Shown: piece by piece, positions 12,978 through 26,430 of the stretch
Layout of the letters: every line of letters starts with the position of its first letter
Position numbering within the stretch: position 1 is the first letter of the stretch
NCBI RefSeq assembly: GCF_018977255.1
Contig: NW_024704743.1
Coordinates: 40,612,001 to 40,676,000, forward strand
Direction: 5' to 3'
Length of the DNA stretch: 64,000 nt
Origin: Callorhinchus milii
Taxonomy: Eukaryota
Notes under the pieces: model-generated
Databases searched by the model: none
What the model saw: only the letters and a program-made list of their open reading frames with translations
What the model was told of the DNA's origin: nothing
Translations under genes and position numbers: made by a program

Positions 12978-14859
12978 AGTGAACAAAATAGCAATCTCCT
13001 GCAGAATGTAGCTATTTTAGGAAGTTTAACCCACATTAAGAAAAGTAACAGCCATTCATATTTAATGTGGCAGTCTTATTGGTCATCACTGAAAACCACT
13101 GAGCAAACAACTTCTATGGAGTGATGTAAGCTGTGATACCACGATAATATAATCTTTGCATTTGATATAGCGCCTTTCAAGTCAGTAGGATGTCTCAAAG
13201 TGCTACACTGTAAAGCATATACAGTAAACTCCTGATATATCATTACTCCAAAGGAAAAAAGCTGTAACTTTATATCCAGCGTGATTATGTAGGCATAAAT
13301 CCTCCAGGGCCACAAAGGTGGGGGCTGTGGTCGGAAGGACCTACACCAACACACACTGTGCCTGTGCAGAGTGAACAGCTGTCAGTGTGACAAAGTGGCA
13401 CTGTCCCTACAGCTGTCTGTTTATATGTTAAGGCACATGTCTCGATCAAAAACTTTTTGTTCATTTTGCTCATTTTAACAACCTGAATCACTGAACCTGA
13501 ATTTAACAATCAGGCAGAACCAGACAGAAGGCAAAGTCTAATATTTCACTAAGCTTTATTATATAACTTGTGAATTAGAGGATCAACATGCAATCTCATT
13601 GAAGCAAAGGAAAAATACATTTACTTTACAAAGAACCTGAAAGGGAATAAGTTAGCTTTTACTAAGTAAGAGTTGTTATGCTGATAAGCTCATGAGAATG
13701 TGGTGAAAAACAAATGATAAAGACTAGATATCATGCGCAGATAACTGTATATGTGAATCCAAAAGAATATGTTTGCATAACACAGAAAAACAGAATCCTG
13801 GATGTGACAGAACTAATGTTAGGCACCAATAAATACGTTATAGAGTTCAATACTGCCACCAGCATTCAAAAGTGTATGATATGCTGAGGGTATGATTGGT
13901 GGGAGCAATGCCCTTGGATAAAGCTGGTTTGATGCTATTTAAGTATACTGCTTATTTAATACATAGAGCCAAAAGATTTTTCAAAGAGGAGCTCTTTGTT
14001 TTGTTAATTGAAGGTAAAACTATAATAATTAAAAGCAAAGCAACCAAAATCAGAAATATTTAATTAAAAATTTGGAACTCAAATGTTGACTGAAGTTGAC
14101 TGGGTAAGCCTTGTTTTACAGCTACATTCATGAGGTGAGACACTTCACTGGAATCATAATTTTAAAACCTTCATTTTCATTCTTCAGGTGAAAGAAGTGG
14201 CATTCAATGTTAGAATTATTGCTGTAATAATTTTCGGCAAAGGGGAAATTGTGATCCAGACCCCAGTTTTGCTTTCGACAAATTTAGGAAATGAATACAG
14301 CTCAATGCTGAGAAACTCATTTCATTTTAATAAACATTCAAAGTTTTCAGTTGATAAACACACAAGGCATAATACACAATGGACAGGCTTTGCAAAATAT
14401 CAGGCAATTTACCAGTTTGTTCTTTTTACACATTTAGGAATGATGCATTTGTTTACTAAGGAGCTGCTGATAATGTTCTTTGGAAGTGCTGCATTACCAG
14501 AATTACTAGCCTTTGGGTGCAATAGTAAACTAAAATACTATCTTTCTGTTTAGGTGGATTTTAGTTCCTATGACACAATTTAGGTGTTTTTTTTTATCCT
14601 TCAGATGAATTGCTCCTTTACTTCATGTGAGACCTTGATGCGCACAAATTGGCTTCCACATTTGCTTACAAAACACACAGCCGCCAATGCTTTACCACAA
14701 TTAGCTGTGAAATGCATATTATTTATTGTTTGGAATTTGAAGTTTAGAAAATTGGTCTTTTATTCAGAAGGGAACTGTTACAAATTGTGACACCAATTAT
14801 TTTAATTCTTTGGTATATTGGCATTTACTATACTAGTGTATTTATTAATAATGTCGACC

Positions 14860-15117
14860 AAAACAGTAAAACAAGAGGACAAACGTTTAGAATTGAGAAG
14901 GTGAAATTTCAGGACAGATACAAGGAGTTTTTCATACTCAGAAGAAAATCAATGATTGAAATAGGTTGTCAGGAAGGTTGCCAAGACACTGGACTCATTT
15001 AAAAATAAGTTTGATACTGAGATGGGGGTACAGTCGGGGAGTTGCACCGGAAGGATGAGATTGGATGGGCCGAATAGCCTTTTTCAATTTTCATCCAGGT
15101 CAATCTTGTGATCTTAT
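14860..15117 (+). mobile_element. CR1 3' fragment (old)
   Basis: aaaacaagaggacaaacgtttaga...ttggatgggccgaatagcctt. Confidence 0.65.
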
Positions 15118-15656
15118 GAAGCTGTGGCAGTGCTCCAAGCAGCCTTTTACACACTCGGACAATTACTACGTTTGCTTAAATTTCAACAAATAATATTAAT
15201 CCTAATTCCTTGCAGGTATATTTCAAGTTATTTTACCAAAAAAAAATAATTTCATAAATGCCTTGTTTGAGCTCAGTTGGCAGCCTTGAAATGTAAATGT
15301 AATCGATAGACAAAGTGCTGTAAGTCCATAAATCTTTCAGGGAGTTGGTTCCACAGGATCAAACACAGAATGCAACTTGATCTAGCAGCCCTTCTGCCCT
15401 TGCTGGTCCTGTGAATCTTGAATGTATAATGATGAGCAAAATCACACAAAGCTCTGAACTAAATGCCTTTTCCCTCATGAAGAAATTCAAATGAAAATTA
15501 AATTCTGTGAGGAGAGATCACTGCGTTGGCTGTGCTTTTTGTGAATTAATAGGTAATCTGAGCTGAGAGCTGACACAAAGTTTAAAATGGGTCACAGTTT
15601 AAAAAATATATACATATTGTGGCTCAAAATAATGAACACTTGAAATGGAGGAGACA

Positions 15657-16140
15657 GCAACAACAACAACAAATTACACTTATATAGCACCCTTCACATC
15701 AGAAAGAAGTCCCAGGGGCTGGACAGTCAGGTGTTTTGGACCCAAGCTGGGAGTTGGGGTCAGAAGGGGTGGAGGGCGCTGAGGTTGGGAGTGGGAGGGT
15801 GTCCAAGGCAAGGTCGAAGAGCAAGGTCTTTGGACTGGTTTTGAATGAGGCAGGAGAGGGTTGAGGTGGAGGGAGGGATTGCAGGATATAATTCCAGAGT
15901 GTGGGGGCAGAGATGCTGAATGCCCAACCACCAATGGTGGGGTGGGAAGTGCATAGGACCTGAAGCAGGCCGGTGTCCGCTGAGCAGAGGGAATGGACAG
16001 GCTGATATCGGGTTATGAGGTCGGAGAGGTAGGGGGGAGCAAGACTATCGAGGACTTTCAAGGTGAGAACCAGGGCTTTGTCCTCGATTCTCTGCAGGAT
16101 AGCAAGCCAGTGAAGCCGGGTAAGAATAGGAGAGATTGGT
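15657..16140 (-). mobile_element. L2 LINE 3' fragment
   Basis: (CAA)n tail at left; minus ORF PISPILTRLHWLAILQRIEDKALVLTLKVLDSLAPPYLSDL...GGWAFSISAPTLWN. Confidence 0.9.
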
Positions 16141-16829
16141 TCAGTCAATTGGTTCAGTGATTAGAAGTTAATCACCCAGCCCCAATGAAATGCACGTTAA
16201 AGAATCTTGTGCAGTATCAAATTAAATCGGTCATGTTCTGACAGCTATCTTTAAGGAATCGTTGGAGAATTTCAAACTATTCATGTGGTGCAGTAATGCT
16301 GAGCTATTGGTTTCATTGCGAGGAATAAAGGTAGTCCTACTCCTTGCTAGCTAACAAAAATTAGGGCAGTGATAATGAATCTTCAGTGGGTATGAGCAAA
16401 GGTACTCTACCCAAATTGGAAAGGGGAGGTGTTGTTTCCTAATCCTGCCATACAATTTAACCCTATTTATTCTCCTTACGATATTACATTTATCATCCCA
16501 TAAAGAGGATTCTTTATTCCTGGTGTGAATTTGTGTTAAATTTAAACACTTTGGAGATTGGTAATTTTGAGAAAATGTTTTTGGGTAGCATAGGAACTGA
16601 GGAAAACAGGAACAGAAGGACAGAATTCAGCCCAGCAAATATGATCCACCTGTTTATTAGATCTTGGTAAATCTTTTAATTGTAATGAGCTTTCACCATA
16701 ACCCTGTGCTCGGTACCTTGGGATGTCTCCCAACATGAAAGGCGCTTTACAAATGTGAAGTTTTATTGTACTACACAAATTTCTGTTTTTATTATAAATG
16801 CAATTATTGATTCCACCGCTACAGTTTTC

Positions 16830-17040
16830 TGAGGCAGAACATTCCATATCTGCATAATTCTGTGTGTAAAAAAACTATTTCCTAACCTTGGTTCTAACTA
16901 TCTTATTTTGGATTTAAAGTCTGTGCTGGCTTGCAAACACTCCATCTACCAGAGGAAGGAGTAGTCAACTATCTCACCTATCTTTTTTTATTATTTTAAA
17001 TACCTCAATCAAATTACCTCTTAAACATCTCTGATTTATG
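16830..17040 (-). mobile_element. CR1 3' fragment (old)
   Basis: ttccatatctgcataattctgtgtgtaaaaaaa...ttttaaatacctcaatcaaattacctct resembles 10620-10800. Confidence 0.55.
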
Positions 17041-17242
17041 GTAATATCAATTTCACTACAGCCATAGATTCATCACTCACTACCAAATTATAGATTATGG
17101 GCTGATGCTAAATGTTATGAGTTAACCTATAAACTTGAAAGCATGTTTGAGGTTATAAAGTATGCACATGGCTGATAACTGGAAAATTAAGTTTAATACA
17201 GATAAGGTATTATATATAGGTGTAAGAATATGAAATGCATGC

Positions 17243-17380
17243 AATAATAATAATTCTTGCATATGATGTAGCACATTATTGCATTGTTGAGACATCTCAA
17301 AGTGCTTAACAGGATAAACTGGGAAGTGATGTGACTGTGTGTATTTTGTGGGCAGCCAATAGCAATATTCCACAAATACA
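17243..17380 (-). mobile_element. SINE shared 3' tail fragment
   Basis: aataataataattcttgcat...gagacatctcaaagtgct...gcagccaat. Confidence 0.7.
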
Positions 17381-20300
17381 ATTATATATTACACAGATGG
17401 GATAGAACTTCTCAAGGGGAATCTAAAAGAGATCTAGGTGTGTTAGTTGACTCATTGTTCACTGTATGAAAATAAGCAATAAGCAAGGCAATCAGGGTGC
17501 TACTCTATATTGCCAATCAATAATTTCTTCCAGCTTTCCCTCAGTCTGTCACCAAGAGAATGGCAGCAAATATAAACCTACACGGTGGAACAGTGTAGAC
17601 AAATGATACACGATTACGTCTCTTCTTCTTGCATCATTGATATACTTTTATTAAGAAGATGTGATAAAATAGCACAAGGAGAGAATGTAACTCCAAGTTC
17701 CATCAATTTATGTGGAGCGCTTGATGTTATCGCTGGGTAACTGTCATTCATTCATAACATTGGACTAAATAAGTAAATGAGCTGTGAGAGTCTCAGTTTT
17801 ATCTCAGGTGAGATATGAGAGTGACGGTATATAGTAAGAAAAAGGCAGAAGGAAAAAGCAGAAATTCCTTGCGTCTAAATGAGCTTTCTCAGTAGAGTAT
17901 AAAAGTTGCATTAGACTGGCCACTCTCATCTCACTAATGATTTTTAACTACCTGAAGGTGAAATGACCTTGAATAATATGTTATTTGGTCAGTCAATGTG
18001 TAACTTAATTACAGGATCCCTGTGATCTGATTTGTATGTAATTTCATGCAATTGATGTTTTGAACCATCCTCTCACACAGTGGATAATCCACAGAAAGAG
18101 TTGGAATTGGATTTTCCTCCAAGATAAGAGAGCCAGAATTAAAAGGCTGTTTAATTTAGACTTCGAAAAAAACATGTTGTCTATTATTTTTATCTCACTT
18201 CTGTGAATGCGAACTGAGTAGAATTCATTGCAAAGTGCATTATCAGTGCCCATCATGGTACTGTGCTATTATTGTGGACAAATAGGGCAATAGATTTTAG
18301 TTAATTTATTAGCAGCAAGTAAGAATTTTATACCTTGTTACTATTGACTGAATGGGGAAAGGAATCAATCAGACCCAGAAAGAGAAAAAATGGTTTAACT
18401 TTTCAGTTAAGCTTCTTCATGGAACATTAACATTTTAATGCCTACAAATAAAAACTCGCTATATTTTGTAGTATATGATGTGAAGTGCTTTGGCGACATC
18501 TCTCCGTCGAAATGCAATATATAAAATATAAAAAATATTATTTGTTATTATTGCTATTATTTCTCTTTCCGATTCCATATGAGCTCTTCCAGTGCTGCTC
18601 TTTTAATTTCTTCAAAATCAGCAGTCTGGTTACTATTTTGGTATGTCTCTCCATCAAAATTGGGACAATTAAGTTCTCATAAATTCTGCACTTCACTGCT
18701 TGAATCAACAAACATTTTGTATTGTTCAACCCCTGATGTAAGAGTTATTGCACCATTATTCTGTCAAACTTTTTCACTTAATGAGAGAACACATGGTCAG
18801 GATTTTTTCAATTGGTAGATGAACCAAGGACAAGAGATTGTGAATTTAAGATTATACCCCAGAATGTAAGAGGAGAATGTAAGGTTAGTTGTTTTCTCCC
18901 ATTATCAAAGTAGTTTGCTGGGAGTAGATGTACCCTTTCTAAGGGCTCCGGGATGCTAACCTGTGTGAAGGGTGCTATACAAATGCAAGTTGTTGTTGTT
19001 TCTCCTTCTAATTCTAACACTTTTCCAATTATGATACCCTTCCTAATTCATTTTTAAGTCAATTGGGGACATTTTCAAGGGAATTAGGTTAATGAAAGGT
19101 ATTAGAGGGTACAGGGAAAGAGTAGGGGATGGACTAGGTTAGATGGCTTCGTTCGTTAAACAAATAATAATTCTAATACAGTAAGTCCAATGGTCTCTTC
19201 CTATTCTAAGTAAAGTCAGTTTGTCATGGTTTAATTTTCTCATATCACAATCAAACAAGGTTAGGATCTGTTTGCCCCCTACTTGTGACAAAATTGCTGA
19301 TTAATACAAAGTGGAGAAACATTATTGTATAATCCCATGCATTTGAAGTAGATATTCCATCAAACAGCTATTGCTGTTTAAAGAGTCATTGGACTGTGGG
19401 TGCCAATAGGATTACATTTTTGATGGTAAAGAGAAAATATTCTGCCTAATATTAATCCATTCATGAAATTATTACTATTAGGAAAAGACATTTGAAAACA
19501 TTCTGTGTGCTTTTCTTTCAAACATACAAAATGTTAGAGACACAACACTAGAAAATGATCTCAAGTGTATCTTGTCTTGTAAATCGCAAGTCATTTTTGG
19601 AATGGACACCATAATCTGTGGTTTTAGCATATTGGAAGGTGATGCTCATATATATTTAACCGATTGTGCAATGCTCCCAATGATATCAGGTGAAATGTCA
19701 GGTGGAAACATTTATTACACAGGAATTTAGCACAGGAATATAACAACACCGATATCACAGGTCATGCTTCAAAACATTATATCAGAAATTGGCACAGTAT
19801 GAACAAATAAAGAATATTACATAAATCTTTAGAATAACATAAAATGTTCAAAAGCAGTTGCTGATGAGAAACAAAGCAACATGTTGTTTTAAAGCTAAAA
19901 CAAGTGTCTATTCCTCAGGTGGTTTTCTCTGAAGATGCTGCATCATGATCGGGTACTTCTATGGATACGACTCACTTTATCTCACCTTAATGGCCGTCCT
20001 TGCTGGGTGCGCCTGATTGGTGAGCATTGTCAATTGACCTTCACTTTATAGGCTGTTGTATGTATCAATGTGCAAAAAATATTTTTGAAAAATAAACTGA
20101 ATTTGTTTGTTCATTTTATACAAACCACTCTAATAGCAAATATTTCAACACCAGTATTTAAAAAAATCCACATTCTAATTTGATAGCTATGAATATTAAC
20201 TGAAATGCATTGTTTTCATTTTAAAACTAACATTGTGAAAATATTTATATTTCATCAGTTTTAACGGACATTTACAAAGCGGCTGTTTTCTAAAGAGTAT

Positions 20301-21827
20301 AATGTGTGTTTTATTGAGTTGATAAAATGCTTAAACAGGGAAAATGTAGTGTAACAAGACTGGTGGAAAAAGTACAAGTGCATATGCAGGCAGCCTGTAT
20401 GTGCCAAGCCAACCTGCAAGAAGTCATAGAATCATATAAAGTTATGTTCATGTTGGTCAGTTGCAATCTGTAGCAACCAAAATTGACTATGGATAGTGTT
20501 CTCACTGGTACGTCATGCTGTTATTATATTGAAAGAATTTGTTGGTGTTATGTTTTGGATTTGCTACTCTGACCCTTTCCTTGTCCATCTTGGCTCCCAA
20601 ATTCTCTTTTTTTTAGAACCAGAAATGTCCTGTTATATCCATGGAAATGTTTATTTTCATTTATTTCCTTGTATTAACTACTTATAAATTTCATCAAACT
20701 GCAGGGTAGAATTTCTGGCCAAGCATTTGTAGAATTACAGACAGAATTTGGAGAGTAAAACACCACGATGCATGCTAATATCCTACAACAATAACTTGCA
20801 TTTATATGGTGCCCTTTGGTGGAGAAGCATTTCTGAGTGCTCATTCCAGTGAAAGTTCATAGATCTATTTTTCCAGCTTTCATCATTTTAAGTTCCAAGT
20901 GTAAAAATCCTAATTGGCCCTCATTATTGGGTGAATACTGATACTTTACTTTATCAATTCCATTGATATACACTGCTTTAGGAAACCATTATTTTACAGC
21001 CATCAAGTGTTGGCATAGGTGTATTACAGCCTGCTGTAGAAAGGCCAAATGTGGAAATTTGGACAGTAGGTAAAATGCAGCCATTTCTGCTTCATACATT
21101 CGTAAATGTATTACATTTAGTCAAGATTAAGTTTGTGTGCAGATACCCACCTCTTATCAGATCTTACTCTGCACAGAAATCATTGTACTCAGTCACTTCC
21201 CAATTTTTTCCACCAGTGTACCCTTGATAAGGGTGGATAGTAGAAGTTGTCAGGGTTGACAGTTTGGACTGATGAGGACATTTATGGATGACAGAAAATA
21301 CTTATTATTGCTCTCTACCAATAAATGACAGTCATTAGACCTTGACAATCTAGGGGATATTGCGTCTTCATCAAACTCTATTCCACAACAAGTCATAAGA
21401 ATATTTGACTGTACTGAACCAGTGCAAAAAACATCTGTTCAGCTAGCATTTATTCTTTCACCATTTGTAAACTGAAATATTGACATTAAATAACTACATG
21501 TTTACATTTGTATATTCTTACGTTAGCCTTTAGCAAAACATTGAACAATTATTTTTAAAATCATGAAGCTTTTGTACTCTCTACAGACCAAAATGCAAGC
21601 ATGCAGGGCTATGCAATGCAAAGTGCACCATAACTAATGTAAGTACAAAAATATTGATAAAATACAGTAATTTGAATATCTCAAAAATTTCATTTCTAAC
21701 CTTAAATTCAAAATGCAATCTATTCTAAAGTCTTTTAGGTTACCAAAATGTGAACCATTCCTTTCTATTATCAAAGGAAGAATGACTGTCCTCATCTTCA
21801 GCAATATTCTACATGGAGAAAGAAAGA

Positions 21828-21942
21828 ATAATAATAATAATCCTTGCATTTGATATAATGCCTTATCACGTCTTCAAGCCATCTCAAAGCGCTTCACAGA
21901 ATACACTGTAAAGTGAATTGACTGTATATTTTGTGGGTGAAA
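21828..21942 (-). mobile_element. SINE shared 3' tail fragment
   Basis: aataataataatccttgcatttgatata...cttcacagaatacactgtaaagtgaattgac. Confidence 0.82.
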
Positions 21943-23804
21943 TAATAATTAACTTTATATGATGATCTGCAATAAACTTGATAAACTATTCATCCACAAT
22001 ACAATTAAAATCTCACTGCATGGATGGAACTATACAATCCTACTTATTATCTCTTTTAGCAACAGAAGGATTGCTAGGTGACAGCAGGATTTATATTTCC
22101 TGTTCACACTCAACAGTGATTGAGAAGAGCTCGTTGCATTTATATACATATATTATATACATATTTATATATTATATATTTATATTTGAATACAGTCAAT
22201 TCAGAGCTTTGCTAACCAGCATCATCTTTAAAAAATATTTAAGAAGTGGCCACATGAATGTTTCTTCAATAATAATTACAAATTGTTCCCTGTAAGTAAA
22301 AGTTTTTGTTTGTGTCTAATGAACCATAATACCCGAACCATTTCAGCTTTCTCAACATTCAAGAGACTGAATCAATTTGCACCACTTCCATTCATTCTGA
22401 CGCCCTAAATTTCTATCTCAGATTGGTTCTAAAAGTGATTGCTTTCAGATTATGTGGATGCTGATTTTTGTTTCCCCACACCTCAAAAAATGTCAATATA
22501 AATTGGGTGCAATTCTATAACTGACAAACTTTAATAGCCACGGAAAAAACTTTTCCAATTAAAATATAATTAGTGTAGCTTCTTGTTAAAAAAACAGATT
22601 TGCAGACATCAATGAGAACCAGGATGGAAATGGATAGATTATTGATTGCTGTTCTCAATAAGGACATGTGTGGAAAATTGCTCATGCAATGAATTGCAAT
22701 GCTGGTAACATTAAAACATAGTGAAATAATTTCCTCACAAGACTATTATTTGCTGATGTCCAATATTCATCATTTTCTCTACAACTCATGATCATGCAGA
22801 ATATTAGCAAATTCTTGAATTCACTCTTAATTTGGAAGCCAGTTTTCTGCAGGTCCTTTGAGACTGAACTCACATTTTTTTAAAAATTCTGCACAATTTT
22901 AAATATTAAGACTATGATGGTAATAAATGTAACATGGGCACAACTTCTTTCCCTCCCCAAAAACTGCCACACAGTAATAAAATGGTGAGATAGATTCAAT
23001 GGACTGAATAGCCTTTTTCCCTTTTTATTGTTTTATATTACAACTTGTGTGTCTGAACCTGGACATTGAATGGCTCAGTTGTAAACTACCTCAGACTAGA
23101 GAAAAGCTGAAACATTTTCATAATATATTAAAGCCTTCAAAATTGAAGAAATGTCATGACAGATAGGTTGGATACCAACTCTGACATTCACTTTCTAGTA
23201 AGCCCAGCATCAGAGGAAAGGGTTGCTGGACTGCTCACATGTAGTCAATGTGATACACTATGACTGTGAGCTGTAATTTGTGGAAATATGGCTATAATAT
23301 TGTAGCACCTCCCCCCCCATGCCATTGAGCCAGGCAAATACAGACCCAAAGAGATTCTTTGCTATAACGCAGGTTTAACCTCAGGGGGAAACTCGTAACA
23401 GCAACAATAACAACAACAACAAATTACATTTGTGTAGCTCTTTCACATCGGGAGGACGTCCCCATGTGCTGAGGGCAGTCGCAGCTCATCAGGTGAATTT
23501 CCAGTCTCACAGCAAGCATTGCGAGACGAGAGAGCAGGAGCTAAGAGAATTGGATGAAACTGGCATTGAGCAAGTCCAGCATGAGAGAAACCAAGACATT
23601 GTGCATGCACGAAGGGCCTGTTGCTATGGCAGCAAGATAGCTTGTTTACGCAAACTCATTGATTCCCTAAACAGTGTGGCTCAACTCTTGTACAGGTCAC
23701 CTCCTTAAGAAGGCACAGGCTCTACCCCTTGAGCCTTCCCGCTACAATTTGATAAATTAAAGGAATCTGTCTCAACTTAACATTCTTCTAAGGTCATTCA
23801 CCAT

Positions 23805-24185
23805 AAAATTGGTCACTCACTTTGTGCCTGATTGTGGGACATTGCTATGCACACATTGGCTGCTATGTTTGCCCACAAACATAAAATCGCTGCAGTTTAC
23901 AGCACCATCCTGTGAAGTACTCTGAGACATAAGGCGTTTTGCCAAATGGAAGTAATATTTATTGATTGATTTATTCATCAATTTATTTAGAATTTCCCTC
24001 CCTACGCCGCATGGCCTCCTTGGCAATCCTTGAAGAGTTTGCGTGACATTGCTGTTGCAAATTGGCTGCCACATTTGCTTACAAAATACACAGTGATTAC
24101 ACTTTACAGTATATACTGCGAAGAGCTTTGAGACTTCTCAAAAGCACGATCATATAAAGTGCAATGATTATTGTATTACTATTGT
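23805..24185 (+). mobile_element. Two tandem SINE 3' tail fragments
   Basis: attggtcactcactt...tgtgggacattgct (23808 onward) and tgacattgctgttgcaaattggctgccacatttg (24044 onward). Confidence 0.65.
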
Positions 24186-25394
24186 TATGACAAGTTCAGA
24201 ATTTGTATATATTTTCACCATTATTTGGCTAGCTCAGTGTGACCTAGCTCACACGCCTCTGCAACAAGTTCATACAGCTGAACAATTACACAAGATTATT
24301 CAAAATTCTGTGAACCTTGATCAGCCTTAGATTTGAGTACATCGGTGAGAGATAGCCCTATTAATTCTAAGCTTGATAACATTCAGTCATTGCTTTAGGC
24401 TTTTGTATTCGCTTTAAGCCTGAGGATTGAATGATTTATTTTGGACAGGAAAATTGCTTCCCTAGTCGTTCTCATTCTCGTCCTTTCCCAAAAACTAAAG
24501 CAAGTCTCCAGCAGTATTCCCCTCTGAGAGTTTGTACTATTCTCTGATTACTAAACTGCGCTCTTCTATCTTTCTTGTGCGTTTCATTAATATTCATTAA
24601 CACAAGGGTGACTCGAACAAAGGTAGTTAACTGGTATCCCCATGGTTACAGTGAGCTGCAAGTTATTACAATTAACCACCCATGTTATGATTAAGAAGTT
24701 AGAGTGTTGGGAGAGCCAAAGGTCACTTAGTCCATTTGGGTCAATCTTTCCTGTAGATCATGTACAATTTTCACTCTCCTGAATTTAACAAGGATCTTCA
24801 GAGAGGTGCAACTTCCAAACTAACACCACCCAAAACAGAAAAAAATTAAAATCCCTTTTCTTAGTAATGGAAGTTGCACAAGTAACATGATATGACCGTA
24901 TCATAAACCATCATATTGATCTAATATGTTATTCTAGACAACTAGACATCATTCCTATTGTCTCAGCATAATTGGTACAATGGTGTTGGCATTATTTTTA
25001 TTATTGTCCAAACATACTCCTTTAACCTTCAATCGTTTTCATATTCATCCATTCATCCATTTGTTTAAGGAATTAAATATCATAGCATTAACTTCCCCTC
25101 ATGGAAATCTTTAACATCTACTTACAAAATTGTAACATTTAGTTTGACTTCGGGCTTGCCAAGGCTGTTTTCATATGTTCGATGCCTGTAATCATGGTTT
25201 ACATAGCCTCCTGACATCCACATTATCATTGCATTTCAATAACAACAACAACTTGCATCTTTCAAATCAGGAGGACGTCTGAAAGTGCCTAAAATGAAGG
25301 GGCAGAAGGAGATAAGCCCAGTCAAAGAGTGTAATTTGGGGTACTGCTGAAATTCAATTAGTTAGAACCACATAGCTTGCCATTGATTGCACTG

Positions 25395-25720
25395 ACAGGT
25401 TTGCCGCTGCTTGTCCAGCTAGAGCCATCCTACTTGTTAGGGCTTTGGCGTTCAGGGTTCACAGGAGCTGAATGGGAAGAGTCACTGCTCCCAGTGACTG
25501 GTCTGCCTTTCCAAGTCCTGCTGGTGAGCTAGATTGCCTAGTTTATCATCAGCAGTGCCCTGGAAACCTATGGACCTGTCTAACTCAAAAAAAGAACTAC
25601 TGAGACCACTAAAGAGCATTTGATTCAATTCCAAAATTCAACTTACCTGAGCCAATTTACCTCCAAGGAGATCCTTGTTACCTCCCCCACCTTTCCCCAA
25701 GGTGGATAGTCACAACATTC
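25395..25720 (+). repeat. Unclassified dispersed repeat, copy 1 (pairs with 54915-55220)
   Basis: Colinear shared blocks ctgcttgtccagct, gttagggctttgg, ctgctccca-tgactggt, tcatcagcagtgccct. Confidence 0.8.
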
Positions 25721-25761
25721 AATGAGTAGCATGTGATAGGCCCTCACATCCTTAAATTAAG

Positions 25762-26430
25762 AAAAACGTGGATACTGGAAATCTTAAATAAAGCAAGAAC
25801 ATACTAGACAATAATAATAATAATCCTTCCATTTGATATAGCGCTTTTCAAGTCTTCTAGACGTCTCAAAGCGCTTTACAGAATATACTGTAAAGTGAAT
25901 TGACCATATATTTGTGGGCGAAATAGGTCAATGAACATGTGAATGAGAAAAATAATGTTAATTTTTCAGATATCATTTTCCATCAGAGCTGAGAGCAGAG
26001 ACTGGGAGAGGAATTAAAAAGAACAAAGGTGGTAACGTTCACAAGAAGCAGCTGATGGACCACTGAAATAGTGAAATACTGATGGCAGGAGGTTCAGGAA
26101 AGACAAAAGCTGATGAGATAGCTGTAAAGGTATGAAAATCCAGTACATTTCAGAGAATAAAAAAGAAAATAAATGTTCAGTATGGAATGGGAAAAAGGAG
26201 AAGACAGCTAAAGTTTCAAGATGTTACTGTCATTGTAGACTGAAGAATGCCTGAGAAAAGGATAAAATCCTACCCTTGAAGTTGATGTTGAACTTGATTA
26301 GACCAGTGCAAGTGCATGTGATCAAGGACAGAGGTCAGAGTGGGAGGTGAGCTGAAGTCCTGAGCTACAAGGACATCAGAATCATGTTGACAGACAGGAG
26401 GATGTTTGACAAATGGTTCCTTCTTAGTCA
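25762..26430 (-). mobile_element. Penelope-like element relic (terminal repeat and decayed GIY-YIG region), interrupted by a SINE
   Basis: 25762-25990 is a degenerate reverse complement of 31790-31925. 26230-26430 resembles shark Penelope GIY-YIG coding DNA as I remember it; no intact ORF. Confidence 0.6.
25809..25923 (-). mobile_element. SINE shared 3' tail inserted in the Penelope relic
   Basis: aataataataatccttccatttgatatagcgcttttca...tttgtgggcgaa. Confidence 0.85.

Noticed and set aside
21267..21298. CTGATGA...GAAA hammerhead-like spacing
   Set aside because: Stem II is mismatched, and I see no flanking stems or Penelope context.
25803..25812. SINE tails here and at 47631 are both followed by gtctagt (possible target preference)
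   Set aside because: Only two of more than ten tails show it, so it cannot be separated from chance.
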